DNA of 64,000 bases from a bacterium (GCA_031385045.1 JANNBC010000013.1:1-64000); one strand, 5' to 3'. Positions 9,808-19,708 are shown, counted from the stretch's first letter. The notes: a model not told the origin generated them from the sequence alone. Translations and numbers: made by a program.

Positions 9808-11106
9808 CTAAGCTACGACCTGCAGATTCTTATTCGGCATCTCATAACGTCCAACTTTAGACATTCTTGCTTGTTTCTCTTTTGTTCCCACGGCAACAAT
9901 GTCCATTGTCGCAGTTCGACAAGGCTTAAAGATCCCTCCAACCCCTAAGCTATCGAAAAGCTTCACATTTAAAGCCTTCTCCGCTTCGACAAAGGCCTTA
10001 ACCTTCGCTACTGAACCAAAACCACTAGTTAAAATTATTTTGATATTTTGATGTCCAGCAACATCAAGCGCAGCTCTTAAGGCATAAACACCTGTAACCG
10101 TAACTCCAGTACCATACCAATACTTGGCATCTGGGTGAAACTTGGCTGGTAGCTTTAAGCCTTTAGCTCTCCAACTTTGAGCACTTGGATCATCAGGTCC
10201 TGTTAGCCCACCTTGAGCCACATTCTCACCACAAGTATCAACTCGCACTGCTTCCAGTCGATTCCCTAATGCCTTAGCTACGGCTAGCGAATCACTTATC
10301 TCACGATTATTATAATCAATCAGCGCAATCCTTGGAACTACTGGATCAATTACTCGATCAAATGCTTTTGTTGCCTCAACAACTGCATTATCTTTGCCAT
10401 ATTTCCAAGCATAAATATTCTCTAAGGCATGCGGTATTGTTCCAACTCCAACACTATCAAAAGAAGATGCTCCAAAATCTGTAGAACAACTTTTTGCTCC
10501 GCCTAAATGAGCAGCGTAACTAATGGCGCGGTCTTCACCATAATGCCAATGTCTGGCGCCAAAGTAAGAAACCGGACGACCACCTGCGGCCTCCACAACT
10601 TTTCTCATTCGCTCCTCAGCTTCTTTTAAATCAACTTGCCCCACACCATCATTAACTTCCGTAATCTGCTTAGTTAATACTCCCAGATACATAGTTTCTA
10701 GCTCGACCATATCTTGAATTGGTCCTTCTAAAGTAATCAACGCATCCTTTGCTTGATAAGTAGACCCTTCAGACACTGCTTTAATTACTCCACCGTGCTC
10801 TCTTAGCTGACTATACTGTTCGATTACCGCTACTGCTTCATGAATTCCAGCAACTTCTCCTGGCCCTTGTCTTACAAAGACTTGTGCCTTAACCCATGGG
10901 TTTAAACCTTCGGCTTTTAAGATCTCTGCTGTTCTTAAAAAGTACTTATCAGCATACATTTGATTTGTTAATGGCAAATGCTTTTTATAAAGCTCAATCG
11001 CCTCGCGACTATGAGCTGGTTGTTGAACTACTTGTTCCTCGACAACTGGAGTAAAACTTTCTCCTGCTAAAACATTCTTACCTAACCCAGCTTTATCTAC
11101 TTCCAT
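9808..11106 (-). CDS. pncB: Nicotinate phosphoribosyltransferase
   Basis: DKYFLRT, FGARH, GTIPHAL, LID, VRVDT, ILTSGF and GVG motifs of the type II PRTase (NAPRTase) family. GGAGG RBS before ATG at 11106. NAD gene context. Confidence 0.85.
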   Translation of the reverse strand: MEVDKAGLGKNVLAGESFTPVVEEQVVQQPAHSREAIELYKKHLPLTNQMYADKYFLRTAEILKAEGLNPWVKAQVFVRQGPGEVAGIHEAVAVIEQYSQLREHGGVIKAVSEGSTYQAKDALITLEGPIQDMVELETMYLGVLTKQITEVNDGVGQVDLKEAEERMRKVVEAAGGRPVSYFGARHWHYGEDRAISYAAHLGGAKSCSTDFGASSFDSVGVGTIPHALENIYAWKYGKDNAVVEATKAFDRVIDPVVPRIALIDYNNREISDSLAVAKALGNRLEAVRVDTCGENVAQGGLTGPDDPSAQSWRAKGLKLPAKFHPDAKYWYGTGVTVTGVYALRAALDVAGHQNIKIILTSGFGSVAKVKAFVEAEKALNVKLFDSLGVGGIFKPCRTATMDIVAVGTKEKQARMSKVGRYEMPNKNLQVVA

Positions 11107-11170
11107 TACTTTCCTCCAAATCAAAAATCTTAATTTGGAGTTTGGCAATTTTAATAGTTATGTGCTATTA

Positions 11171-11188
11171 ATTGTTAAAATTAACATT
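11171..11188. promoter_or_regulatory. Candidate operator palindrome TGTTAA-AA-TTAACA (site 1)
   Basis: Lies in the divergent pncB/regulator intergenic region. An identical 14-mer sits upstream of pncA at an almost equal distance from the ATG. Confidence 0.7.
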
Positions 11189-11211
11189 AATATTATTAAA
11201 TTATAATAATT

Positions 11212-12201
11212 ATGAAACTATCAGATAAGGATCGCCGAGTTTTACAGTGCGTCGAGCTACAAGCAGATTTACCAATTGAGAAGATTCGCAAAGCAACTAA
11301 GCTTCGAGAACATTCCATTCGCTACTCACTAAAATCCTTGGAAGATAAACGAATCATTCAAATGATGCCCTTCATTAACGTCACAGCTCTGGGCTACACG
11401 ATGTACAACATCTTTTTTTCAATCATGTCTGAAAGTGCCAAAACAAAACAAACCTTAATGAAAGAACTACAAGCGACTTCTGAAATTCTGTGGGTAGCGG
11501 AGATGGGATCTGAATATCAATATTGTCTCGGAATTTGCGCTAAGAGTATTCATGACGTGCACGAACTGCTTTATTCGATGACTAAAAAAACTGGTAATGT
11601 TTTTTTTCATAAAACTATCTCGGCTCAATTCTCAGCAACTTTTTTACCAAGAAAATATTTAGGTTCAAATTATAAAAAAGATCAAAAGCTAAGTATTGAA
11701 AAAGTTGAGCATAGCATTACAATCGATCAACTCGATGAAAAAATTCTTTCAATCATGGCTCGAGCTGGTAGCGCCTCTCGTCGGCAAATGGCCACAGAGC
11801 TTGATGTTCCACTCTCCACCTTCGAACTGCGAGTTAAGAAAATGGAAGATAAAGGAGTTATCTCTGGATATGTTTATGGAGTTGCTTCAGAAAAATTTGG
11901 CTTACAGTCTTACAAACTATTACTGTTTGCCAAAGGAATCGATGCCAACCTTCGTCAACAATTATTAGAATTTGCTCAAGCAGAGCAAACAATTACCGCC
12001 TTCTATGAATGTTTAGGAAATTGGGATTATGAATTTAACCTTGAAGTAGAACTAGCAGAACAAGTAATGAATTTAACTCAGAAGATTTATAGTAATTTTA
12101 GTAATCAGATCCAAAGTATTAAGGCGATTCCTAAGTTTAAAGATTTAAAGTTTGATCTCTTTCCACATCAATCAAACCCTAAGACTCCATCAAAGCTTTA
12201 A
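11212..12201 (+). CDS. Tandem (double) Lrp/AsnC-family transcriptional regulator
   Basis: Two HTH+RAM units: LSDKDRRVL...IRYSLKSLEDKRII and IDQLDEKIL...RVKKMEDKGVISGY...CLGNWDY. Confidence 0.85.
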   Translation: MKLSDKDRRVLQCVELQADLPIEKIRKATKLREHSIRYSLKSLEDKRIIQMMPFINVTALGYTMYNIFFSIMSESAKTKQTLMKELQATSEILWVAEMGSEYQYCLGICAKSIHDVHELLYSMTKKTGNVFFHKTISAQFSATFLPRKYLGSNYKKDQKLSIEKVEHSITIDQLDEKILSIMARAGSASRRQMATELDVPLSTFELRVKKMEDKGVISGYVYGVASEKFGLQSYKLLLFAKGIDANLRQQLLEFAQAEQTITAFYECLGNWDYEFNLEVELAEQVMNLTQKIYSNFSNQIQSIKAIPKFKDLKFDLFPHQSNPKTPSKL

Positions 12202-12263
12202 CTACTCCTAGGAGCAACTTTAAATACTTTTACTTTCATTTTTAATAACTACTTAATCTTGGA

Positions 12264-12288
12264 GTGGAGGTTGGTTAACAACCTCCAC
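12264..12288. terminator. Hairpin between convergent genes (probable terminator)
   Basis: GTGGAGGTTG-GTTAA-CAACCTCCAC, a perfect 10-bp stem. Confidence 0.65.
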
Positions 12289-12297
12289 CATATTAAT

Positions 12298-13281
12298 TTA
12301 CAAATTAGTTAGTAATCCTAATTTATCAGATACTGCTGATAGTCCAGCAGGATCACTAATATGCACGACATTAAGCAGACGAGCGATGTCCTCATTTGTT
12401 GGAACTCGGTCTGAAGAAAGTAATGTTCCACGAGCTAGAGCATCACTATTATACAACTCGGGAATCTTTCCTTCCTTTGCTGCCTGTACAAGCTGTTCCG
12501 CAGCACGACCTGTACCGTCAACTATAATTACAGGAATATTTTTACTAAGTGCTAGCAAGGCTTCATCTAAAGTAACATCACCGCCATTAACAACACCAAT
12601 AGCAGCTTTATATCCCGCACCTTGCATCTTCTCTAGTGCACTCAAATACCAGCGAACATCACCGTTCCAACCCTGATACTCAAAAGCTGATTCTTGAGTA
12701 AGAATATTTTGATGTCCTCTAGGATCTAACTCAGCTCCGTACTTAGAAGCAACAACACCTCCCTCTTCTTTTAACCTTAGCCGATATGTCGCTGGAGTAG
12801 ATCCCCAAGCTACTGCGTCGGTAACTCTGGCAACATAATAGGGAACTTGCGTAATCATCACTGACTCTGCTCCGTCCTTGTCAAAATCCTGAGTTCCACC
12901 AGAGCCAACAGAACCTTGAAAATGTCTTAAGCCATCAGGAGACACCAAGCCCTTGGCAACAAATTTCATTAAGTCCTCGACCTGCTCTGGATTAAAACCT
13001 TTACACCCACCAGCCCATCTAACAACTACATCGGCCTTTGCTTGCTTGCCAAGAGTTACTAAAGCATCAACTGCCGCTGCTTGATCAGACATTCTGATAA
13101 TATCAAGCCAACTATGCTTTGCTTCACGAGCAATCACTAAAGGATTTTTCATGACATCCTTAAAACCTAATTCCGCATCATGCGGTAGTTCAAAGACTCT
13201 GGGAGCCTTTGGTAATGCTCCCAGAGCACCCTGATCTAAACCTGTTTCAACCTTTGGTCCACCATCCATTCCTGCACCCAT
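12298..13281 (-). CDS. SLOG-superfamily protein, TRPM/LSDAT-like
   Basis: V.W.GG..., SGGT, W..D and VNGG..TLDE...A...IPVIIVDGTGRAAEQL, matching the LSDAT/TRPM MHR1-2 signature (NGG...E...PV.V..GSGR.AD). Confidence 0.7.
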   Translation of the reverse strand: MGAGMDGGPKVETGLDQGALGALPKAPRVFELPHDAELGFKDVMKNPLVIAREAKHSWLDIIRMSDQAAAVDALVTLGKQAKADVVVRWAGGCKGFNPEQVEDLMKFVAKGLVSPDGLRHFQGSVGSGGTQDFDKDGAESVMITQVPYYVARVTDAVAWGSTPATYRLRLKEEGGVVASKYGAELDPRGHQNILTQESAFEYQGWNGDVRWYLSALEKMQGAGYKAAIGVVNGGDVTLDEALLALSKNIPVIIVDGTGRAAEQLVQAAKEGKIPELYNSDALARGTLLSSDRVPTNEDIARLLNVVHISDPAGLSAVSDKLGLLTNL

Positions 13282-13301
13282 TTTTTTCCCTTTTTAAAAT
13301 A

Positions 13302-14285
13302 CTAAGCCCAGTCAGTAACTAGTCCTAGCTTGTTAATTGCATCGCGAATTGACTGCTGATTTAAATCCACCACAACAGCACAAGGGTTTTCACTCAGCCA
13401 TTTCGCATCATTTGCAAATTTGTCAGCGACACCGCCACTACCTTTAATTAAGAGAATTTTTGTTCGATCATTGGAATCAGCCTTGGCAGCCATGCTCCAA
13501 TCCACTAGCTCTTGTTCTACCGTACTAAGGGTAAACGCCTGGTTTGAGACTCTGCCACCAAAAACCACTAATGTAGTGTTCCAAGATTTTTTAGATAGAT
13601 TGGCACAAAGCCTTAAACATTCTTTTGCTTCATCAGACCAGGTAAATGAATGATTGGTATCAGGTTGAATCATAATACCAATGTTAATATCGGGATTAAC
13701 TCGAGTGAAATAACCATCTTTTTTATCAGGCGAAGAATGATCATGAACATCTACCAACAAACCAATATCCTGAACCAAGTGAGTAGAGACATCTACCTTA
13801 GGTACAATGCCAATTAAAATTAAATCAGGATCTTTTTCTTTAAGTACAACCGGCACATCAGTAATTGTTGCGCGCACTTGGCCCGATTCCAGATCAAGTA
13901 TCTGTGTTCCACCAAACATATGGAACCCTTTTACTCCTCTAAAAGCATTGAGAACTTCTGGTAAATCTTTGGCATATTCTCCAATGTTAGCTGACCAGCC
14001 AGTCCATCTAATAACTTGTTCCGGCACTCCTCTTTGAGCAAATTCAAAAATTAATTTCTCAGAGCGTTCCGTATCATTTTTCCAAACTAGCTCCGTCGGC
14101 ATTTTAGAAAGTAAAAATTCACGAAGCGAAATATCTTTTTCTACACCAGGAGCTGTAACTGTTGCTGGAGCGGAGCCTGCAAAATTAATATTAGTTCTAG
14201 ATGGTGGCTCACGACCCCCACTAGTAAAACTCTCTCCAGAGAGATCTGCCAATGTGAGCGCAGCTTGATGTAACTCTTGACCCAT
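13302..14285 (-). CDS. Second, more divergent SLOG/LSDAT-like paralogue
   Basis: IRWTGW, FGGT, W.DE and VVFGG...E...ILLIKGSGGVADKF occur in the same order as in the neighbour, and the length is the same (327 aa). Confidence 0.6.
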   Translation of the reverse strand: MGQELHQAALTLADLSGESFTSGGREPPSRTNINFAGSAPATVTAPGVEKDISLREFLLSKMPTELVWKNDTERSEKLIFEFAQRGVPEQVIRWTGWSANIGEYAKDLPEVLNAFRGVKGFHMFGGTQILDLESGQVRATITDVPVVLKEKDPDLILIGIVPKVDVSTHLVQDIGLLVDVHDHSSPDKKDGYFTRVNPDINIGIMIQPDTNHSFTWSDEAKECLRLCANLSKKSWNTTLVVFGGRVSNQAFTLSTVEQELVDWSMAAKADSNDRTKILLIKGSGGVADKFANDAKWLSENPCAVVVDLNQQSIRDAINKLGLVTDWA

Positions 14286-14583
14286 TTTGATCTTCTAGTA
14301 AAAATTCTTCAAAATAAATTTAGCTGAAGCGATCGGACTAATCCCGAGGCTCTTGAAAGTAAAAAAAATTATTGGCTGATTTAAGATTTCGGACGGAAAG
14401 GAATTATTATTAAGGAGTTTTTCGACTCCCTGAGGCTGAGAGTCTAATAGACTGCCCCAAAACGAGAATATCTTCAATGATTTTGATATATTAACAGCGA
14501 CAAACAAGCTAGAGGAGAGAATCCACATATTTGAGTTTTTACAACTTATCACAACTTCCACCCTTAAATAAGCAATTTGCAAC

Positions 14584-14613
14584 TTCTCCGAGTAGCCGTT
14601 CGGCAACTCGAGA
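14584..14613 (-). terminator. Imperfect GC-rich hairpin after eamA
   Basis: CGAGT-A-GCC-GTTC-GGC-A-ACTCG, flanked by TTCTC/GAGAA, about 20 nt downstream of the eamA stop. Confidence 0.5.
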
Positions 14614-14632
14614 AAAGATCAAACTTAAAAAT

Positions 14633-15418
14633 CTAACTAGCAATAACAATTGTTCCTAAACAAATCGTAATCACCGAAAATGCCTGTGAACGATAAATCT
14701 TTTCCTTAAATAAAACTGCGCCCATTACTAAACTAATTAAAAAACAAAATCCTTTGTTAAAGACTTCAAAATAACCGGCAGAAAAAGCTTGTAAACAATA
14801 TAGTTCTGCTAGATAGGCAGAAGAACCTAAAAGAAAAATTATGCTAATTTCTTTTTTAAATTTGTAATTAATAGATACTCTTATCTCTCTAAAGAAAATT
14901 AAACTTAGAAAGGTAAGAGCAATTAAGGAAGTGCCTAGGCCATGAGTCGCAAGCGAGGCATAATTTAAGGCTTGATGATCAACGGCAACACCTATCCCCC
15001 AAAAAGATCCGGCATAGATCATTGGTAAAGATTTTTTTCTAACTAAAAATATCGTTCCTAGCAAAATGAGAACTAAGCCTAGCAACAAATTATTGCTAGG
15101 AATAATTCCAAAAAAAAGATCACTTAAAACTGTTAGTAGCGGTGAAATACCAAGGAGTGGAATTACATCGGAAAAGCGATTATCTCTTAAGGCTAAAATA
15201 AAATAATAGCTACCTAAAGTTTGAGTTACTCCAGACAGGAGGAGTAGCGGTAGATAGTTTAAGGTGAAATTATAGTTTTTGGGCAAACAAGCAAAGACAA
15301 TTACCTGACTAAGAAATGTAAAAAATAAGATGCTAGCTATTGGCAAAACTTTACCAAGCATCTTACGGTAGATGTCAAACACTGCCCAAATGAGAGTAGT
15401 TAATAATAGCAATAACAT
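14633..15418 (-). CDS. EamA/DMT-family transporter (candidate NAD-precursor transporter)
   Basis: About 10 hydrophobic segments, S.V.PL...SP and G..LFKE..I motifs. ATG at 15418 lies immediately after the nadE stop. Confidence 0.75.
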   Translation of the reverse strand: MLLLLLTTLIWAVFDIYRKMLGKVLPIASILFFTFLSQVIVFACLPKNYNFTLNYLPLLLLSGVTQTLGSYYFILALRDNRFSDVIPLLGISPLLTVLSDLFFGIIPSNNLLLGLVLILLGTIFLVRKKSLPMIYAGSFWGIGVAVDHQALNYASLATHGLGTSLIALTFLSLIFFREIRVSINYKFKKEISIIFLLGSSAYLAELYCLQAFSAGYFEVFNKGFCFLISLVMGAVLFKEKIYRSQAFSVITICLGTIVIAS

Positions 15419-15419
15419 C

Positions 15420-17165
15420 CTAATACATCCCATGACTAATCGGAATCCTACGACCAAAACCAAAAGCTTTTGGTGTGACACGAATCCCGGGAGCCGCTTG
15501 TCGGCGTTTAAATTCATTAATTTTAATTAACCTTAGAGTTCGATCAACGACTGCTGAGTCATAAAGCTGATGGAGTTCTCCTCTAGTTAATTGTCGATCA
15601 ATAATATCATCCACTAGCGGTGAAAGAATGTCATAGTCTGCCGGTAGATTCTGAGCATCTGTCTGTCCAACTTCTAATTCGGCAGAAGGCAAGCGAATGA
15701 TTGTGGTTTCTGGTATGACCTCTTTTCTTTTTAAAGCATTGTAAAACTTTGCTAATTCATAAACCCGTAATTTATTAACATCACTAATTACCGCAAGACC
15801 TCCACACATATCACCATACATTGTACAGTAACCAAGGGCAGTTTCTGTTTTATTTCCACAACTAATCACCAATCCAAATCGATCTTCGTTGGTATATTCC
15901 ATGATAATAATTCCGCGAAACCTTGCTTGCACATTTTGCTTGGTTAAGTTTTCTGGCTGATGACCGTTAGCATCAACAAAGCCTGCTAGCCAATCACGGT
16001 ACAATTGAGCAATGGGACGAACATCAACCTTAGCACCTAAATTATTAGCTAACGTAATGGCATCATTTTTTGTTTCATCGGAAGTAACATGCGAAGGCAT
16101 TGTCACTGCCGTAACATTTTCAGCCCCCAAAGCCTCAACTGCCAGAACTAAACCAACAGCAGAATCAATTCCACCACTTACTGGAATATAAGCATGCTTC
16201 ATGCCAGAGCGTCGGAAGTATTCTCTAGTACCAAGGACTAGGGCATCAAACACTTCGTGGATTTCTTGGGCAGTATCTAAAACTAAACTTGCTGGCTCAC
16301 GTAGATCGATTTGATAAGTTTCTTCTTTACCGAACTCTCCCGTCTTATAATATTTGCCATTACTGCCCCGGGCGAGACTTTGTCCATCAAAGGGAATTTC
16401 TCCATGATAAGAATCAAAAGCGCCAACTAAGTTATTGTAAAGAAATGGAATGTCTCGATCCTGTAGTAAATGATCAATTAACTCGGCACGCTTTTGGATT
16501 TTACCCGGCTCAAAAGGCGATGCTGATAAATTGATTAAGAGCTCTGCTCCTTGATCAATTAATCCTTGATAAACTTTTGTTTCATAACCCTTATCCCAAA
16601 GATCTTCGCACACTCCAATCCCAACTTTAATTCCCTGAATTTCTACTAAGTTAGATCCATTACCTGGAGTGTAGTAGCGTTTTTCATCGAAGATATCGTA
16701 AGTCGGGAGTAGTTGTTTACGAATAATGTTTGTAATTATCTTGTCTTGAATTACGGCTACAGAATTATAAAGTAGCGCTGTTCCGTCAGGGCCAATTTTA
16801 TCAAAGTCTGGCTCGACAAATCCAACTAAGGCAGTAATGCCTCGACATTCTAAAGCAATCTTTTCTAAATACTCTAAATTCATTTCTACAAAATCAGGAT
16901 TCTTGACTAAATCTAAATGGGCATAGCCAGGCAACACTAACTCTGGAAAAACAATTAATTTTGACCCAGCTTTCTTTGCTAGTTTAATTTGCTCAATAAT
17001 TTTTTTAGTATTAGCCTCAAAGCATCCAGGGTCAGTAGTAATTTGAGCCATAGTGACTTTTAAATTGAGACCCTTAGCTACCTGAGCACCTGAGCCTTCC
17101 ACTTCAGTGGAGGCTGAAGGTAAACCAGTAGTACTTGCTAAAATATTCTCTCTAACTTGCAACAT
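15420..17165 (-). CDS. nadE: Glutamine-dependent NAD+ synthetase
   Basis: Nitrilase domain (FPEL, K.LLPTY.IFDE.RY, CEDLW) plus synthetase domain (SGGIDSA, NVQAR.RG, NKTE...GY.T.YGD, PSAEL, EFKRRQ). Confidence 0.95.
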   Translation of the reverse strand: MLQVRENILASTTGLPSASTEVEGSGAQVAKGLNLKVTMAQITTDPGCFEANTKKIIEQIKLAKKAGSKLIVFPELVLPGYAHLDLVKNPDFVEMNLEYLEKIALECRGITALVGFVEPDFDKIGPDGTALLYNSVAVIQDKIITNIIRKQLLPTYDIFDEKRYYTPGNGSNLVEIQGIKVGIGVCEDLWDKGYETKVYQGLIDQGAELLINLSASPFEPGKIQKRAELIDHLLQDRDIPFLYNNLVGAFDSYHGEIPFDGQSLARGSNGKYYKTGEFGKEETYQIDLREPASLVLDTAQEIHEVFDALVLGTREYFRRSGMKHAYIPVSGGIDSAVGLVLAVEALGAENVTAVTMPSHVTSDETKNDAITLANNLGAKVDVRPIAQLYRDWLAGFVDANGHQPENLTKQNVQARFRGIIIMEYTNEDRFGLVISCGNKTETALGYCTMYGDMCGGLAVISDVNKLRVYELAKFYNALKRKEVIPETTIIRLPSAELEVGQTDAQNLPADYDILSPLVDDIIDRQLTRGELHQLYDSAVVDRTLRLIKINEFKRRQAAPGIRVTPKAFGFGRRIPISHGMY

Positions 17166-18156
17166 TTTTTTCTCCTTGATTTATCACTAAAACTTTAAGT
17201 GGTTGAGGGGAGATGCCAATTTGCAACTTTGTTCCCATCTTTAAATCGATCCGCACTAAAGAATCTGCCGAAATAACTCCTTGTGAATCATTAAGCGAGG
17301 TAACTGTAACCTGCTGAGCGTGATTAATTTCTCCTGTAATTAACTTGGCACTGACTATCTTTCCACGATAAGGGGAGGTTAAGAGAAATGCTCCAATTTG
17401 ATTTGTCTTAGCAAAAATATTTCCACCTGGATGAGCAAAAGCATTCTCCGAGTGATACCAACCAGTAGAATTTGCTCCCGTAGTAATTAGTAAGCCAGAT
17501 CCCTTTTGCTCTTCCACAACTCCGTCTACTTCCAGCAAGTGCCGGGACATATTGGGACGCTCTAGTTCTCCAATAAAAAAGTCTCCACTACACCTAATTC
17601 GGCGACCATCTTCTAAACTTGCTTCTAGGCGAGTCCAGTCTTCAATTAAGTAATCACCAGTGATAATACTTTTTAGAATCTCTTCAAATTGATCACTGCG
17701 ATAATAAGTTAAAGCTCCTTCACTTAATTGTGGATCGGAATTTACACCCACAATAAATCCATCCTCCATGAACTGCGCCACAAATTGAAAATGATTATCT
17801 CCGCCTAAGGCAATTACTAGCTTGGCCTTTTGCACCTGCTGATAACTAATATCATTTCGATTAATAATCTGATCGGGGCTTAAAATTTGTGATAAATTTT
17901 GTAAGCTCGTTTGCTGTCTTTGATGACTACCAAGAATCCGATCAACACTCAGCCCTTGTTCTTGATAACGCTTTAATAATTGATCCTCAGAGATTTGGAG
18001 TCTACGCTGGTCATACTCTAATTTTGACTCTTTACTAACAACTAGAATTTGATCTAAGCGTATTTTCTCAGGCTCTAGCATTGTGGGCTTTCTCCGAATC
18101 TCAGAGAAAGCTTCTCCTCCAGAATTTATTAATTGTGGATTCATCAGTGGATTCAT
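17152..18156 (-). CDS. nadK: NAD kinase-like protein (divergent, NADK2-like N-terminus)
   Basis: LGGDNHF, GVNSDP..SEG and QKGSGLLITTGANSTGW motifs, located between gapN and nadE. Start chosen at ATG 18156. Confidence 0.75.
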   Translation of the reverse strand: MNPLMNPQLINSGGEAFSEIRRKPTMLEPEKIRLDQILVVSKESKLEYDQRRLQISEDQLLKRYQEQGLSVDRILGSHQRQQTSLQNLSQILSPDQIINRNDISYQQVQKAKLVIALGGDNHFQFVAQFMEDGFIVGVNSDPQLSEGALTYYRSDQFEEILKSIITGDYLIEDWTRLEASLEDGRRIRCSGDFFIGELERPNMSRHLLEVDGVVEEQKGSGLLITTGANSTGWYHSENAFAHPGGNIFAKTNQIGAFLLTSPYRGKIVSAKLITGEINHAQQVTVTSLNDSQGVISADSLVRIDLKMGTKLQIGISPQPLKVLVINQGEKNVAS

Positions 18157-18157
18157 C

Positions 18158-19708
18158 TTAGATTGCCTTTCTAACAAGCAAAGTTTCTAAGGAGAATTCT
18201 TTAACGGCGTCTGGGATTGAGATTGTTCCCATGGCCGAACTTTTACGCCCACTAAAAGGCAAGTAATCTGGTCCACGTTCACAAACTTGATTAATATTTA
18301 CTCGCGCAGTCAGTCTTTGTAATGGTCCTGCTAATGCATTAATTTCAGCTTCGTCTTTACTAAAGATACTTGCTTGCTGACCAAAAGGTGAATTAGCTAA
18401 AGCTTCTAAAATTTCACTACTATCATCATAGGGAATTAATGGCACAACTGGACCAAACTGCTCCTCATGAAAAATCTTCATTTTAGAATTTACATCACCA
18501 AGCACAACTGGATGATATAAATTACTCTCTTTTGCTCCGCCATTTTGATTTAAGACTTTAGCTCCCTGTGCCACAGCATCACTAATAAATGCATCCAAGG
18601 CATCTGCTTTATTTGGCTCTGCAACAGGAGTAATAAAAACTCCCTCCTCCCATGGCTGTCCTACTGTTAATTGATCAACTTTGTAAGCTAAAAGCTTAGC
18701 AAAATCTTGATACACAGATTTATGCACAAAAATATTTTTAAGCGCCGTACATCTTTGACCATTAAAACTAAGTGCTCCTTTAATCACAGCATCAACGCTC
18801 TCTAATAAGTCAGCATTGGCCGTAATTATTGCTGGATTTTTTGCACCCAGGCCCAAAACCATTTTTAAACGATGGGGAGCAGGATGTTGCTTACTAAGAA
18901 TATCAGCAACCTTAGTGCTACCAATAAATACTAAGGCATCAATATCTCCTGATTGCATTAACGGTGTTACTACTTCTCGGCCATCACCATAAACTAGGTT
19001 GATTGCACCTGCTGGAAATGCTTCTTGAAAGGCTTTAGCTATTGGTCCATAAAGCAGAACTCCTTGTTTTGCTGGCTTCAGGATCACAGTATTCCCCATT
19101 AACAATGCAGGTAAAACAGTTGTTAAGGTTTCATTTAATGGATAGTTAAATGGTCCCATGCAGAGAACTGTCCCAATTGCTTCCCGAGAATATTTAACTT
19201 CCATCCCGCCAACTTGTTCTACTTTATTAGCAGTAGCTCTAAGATAAGTAATTGTCTCTTCAACATATTGCACCGTTCGATCAAACTCTTTAGTTGCATC
19301 AGGTACAGACTTACCAATCTCCCAAACAATTAGTTTGACTATTTCAGCTTTAGATTTTTCTAATGCTTTTAAAAATACCTCTGTGGCCTCAATTCTTTTC
19401 TCTAATGTTGCGCTCGGCCATTCTCCAAGACCTTTGCCATAGGCTGACTTCGCAGAATCCAAGATTTCCAAAGACTCCTTACTGCCTAAAAGTGGATATG
19501 ACCCAATAAGGCTCTGCTTAACATTATTGGTTAAAGGAGAGAAAACATTTTCTTGCTCACCAAACCAGTTACGAATCTCTCCATTTACTAAATAACTCCG
19601 TTGATGAAGCGCGCTCTTAAGCTCCCACGTTTCTGGCACTTTAATAGCTTCAATATCAACCTTTGTTTTTTCTGCTACACTTATTGGAAATGATTGCATT
19701 GCTAACAT
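18158..19708 (-). CDS. gapN: NADP-dependent non-phosphorylating glyceraldehyde-3-phosphate dehydrogenase-like ALDH
   Basis: MGPFNYPLNE, KPAKQG, FIGS, SFNGQRCTALK, EEQFGP and RGPD.LPF.GRK.SA motifs. Confidence 0.8.
   Translation of the reverse strand: MLAMQSFPISVAEKTKVDIEAIKVPETWELKSALHQRSYLVNGEIRNWFGEQENVFSPLTNNVKQSLIGSYPLLGSKESLEILDSAKSAYGKGLGEWPSATLEKRIEATEVFLKALEKSKAEIVKLIVWEIGKSVPDATKEFDRTVQYVEETITYLRATANKVEQVGGMEVKYSREAIGTVLCMGPFNYPLNETLTTVLPALLMGNTVILKPAKQGVLLYGPIAKAFQEAFPAGAINLVYGDGREVVTPLMQSGDIDALVFIGSTKVADILSKQHPAPHRLKMVLGLGAKNPAIITANADLLESVDAVIKGALSFNGQRCTALKNIFVHKSVYQDFAKLLAYKVDQLTVGQPWEEGVFITPVAEPNKADALDAFISDAVAQGAKVLNQNGGAKESNLYHPVVLGDVNSKMKIFHEEQFGPVVPLIPYDDSSEILEALANSPFGQQASIFSKDEAEINALAGPLQRLTARVNINQVCERGPDYLPFSGRKSSAMGTISIPDAVKEFSLETLLVRKAI

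Noticed and set aside
14483..14496. Possible third operator site TTGATATATTAACA
   Set aside because: Only 9/14 match to the palindrome (one half-site), which is expected by chance in AT-rich DNA.
14295..14606. 103-aa ORF or possible NAD riboswitch upstream of the SLOG pair
   Set aside because: The TTG start lies inside a hairpin and the ORF has no protein features. I could not match a riboswitch consensus by eye; an Infernal search is needed.
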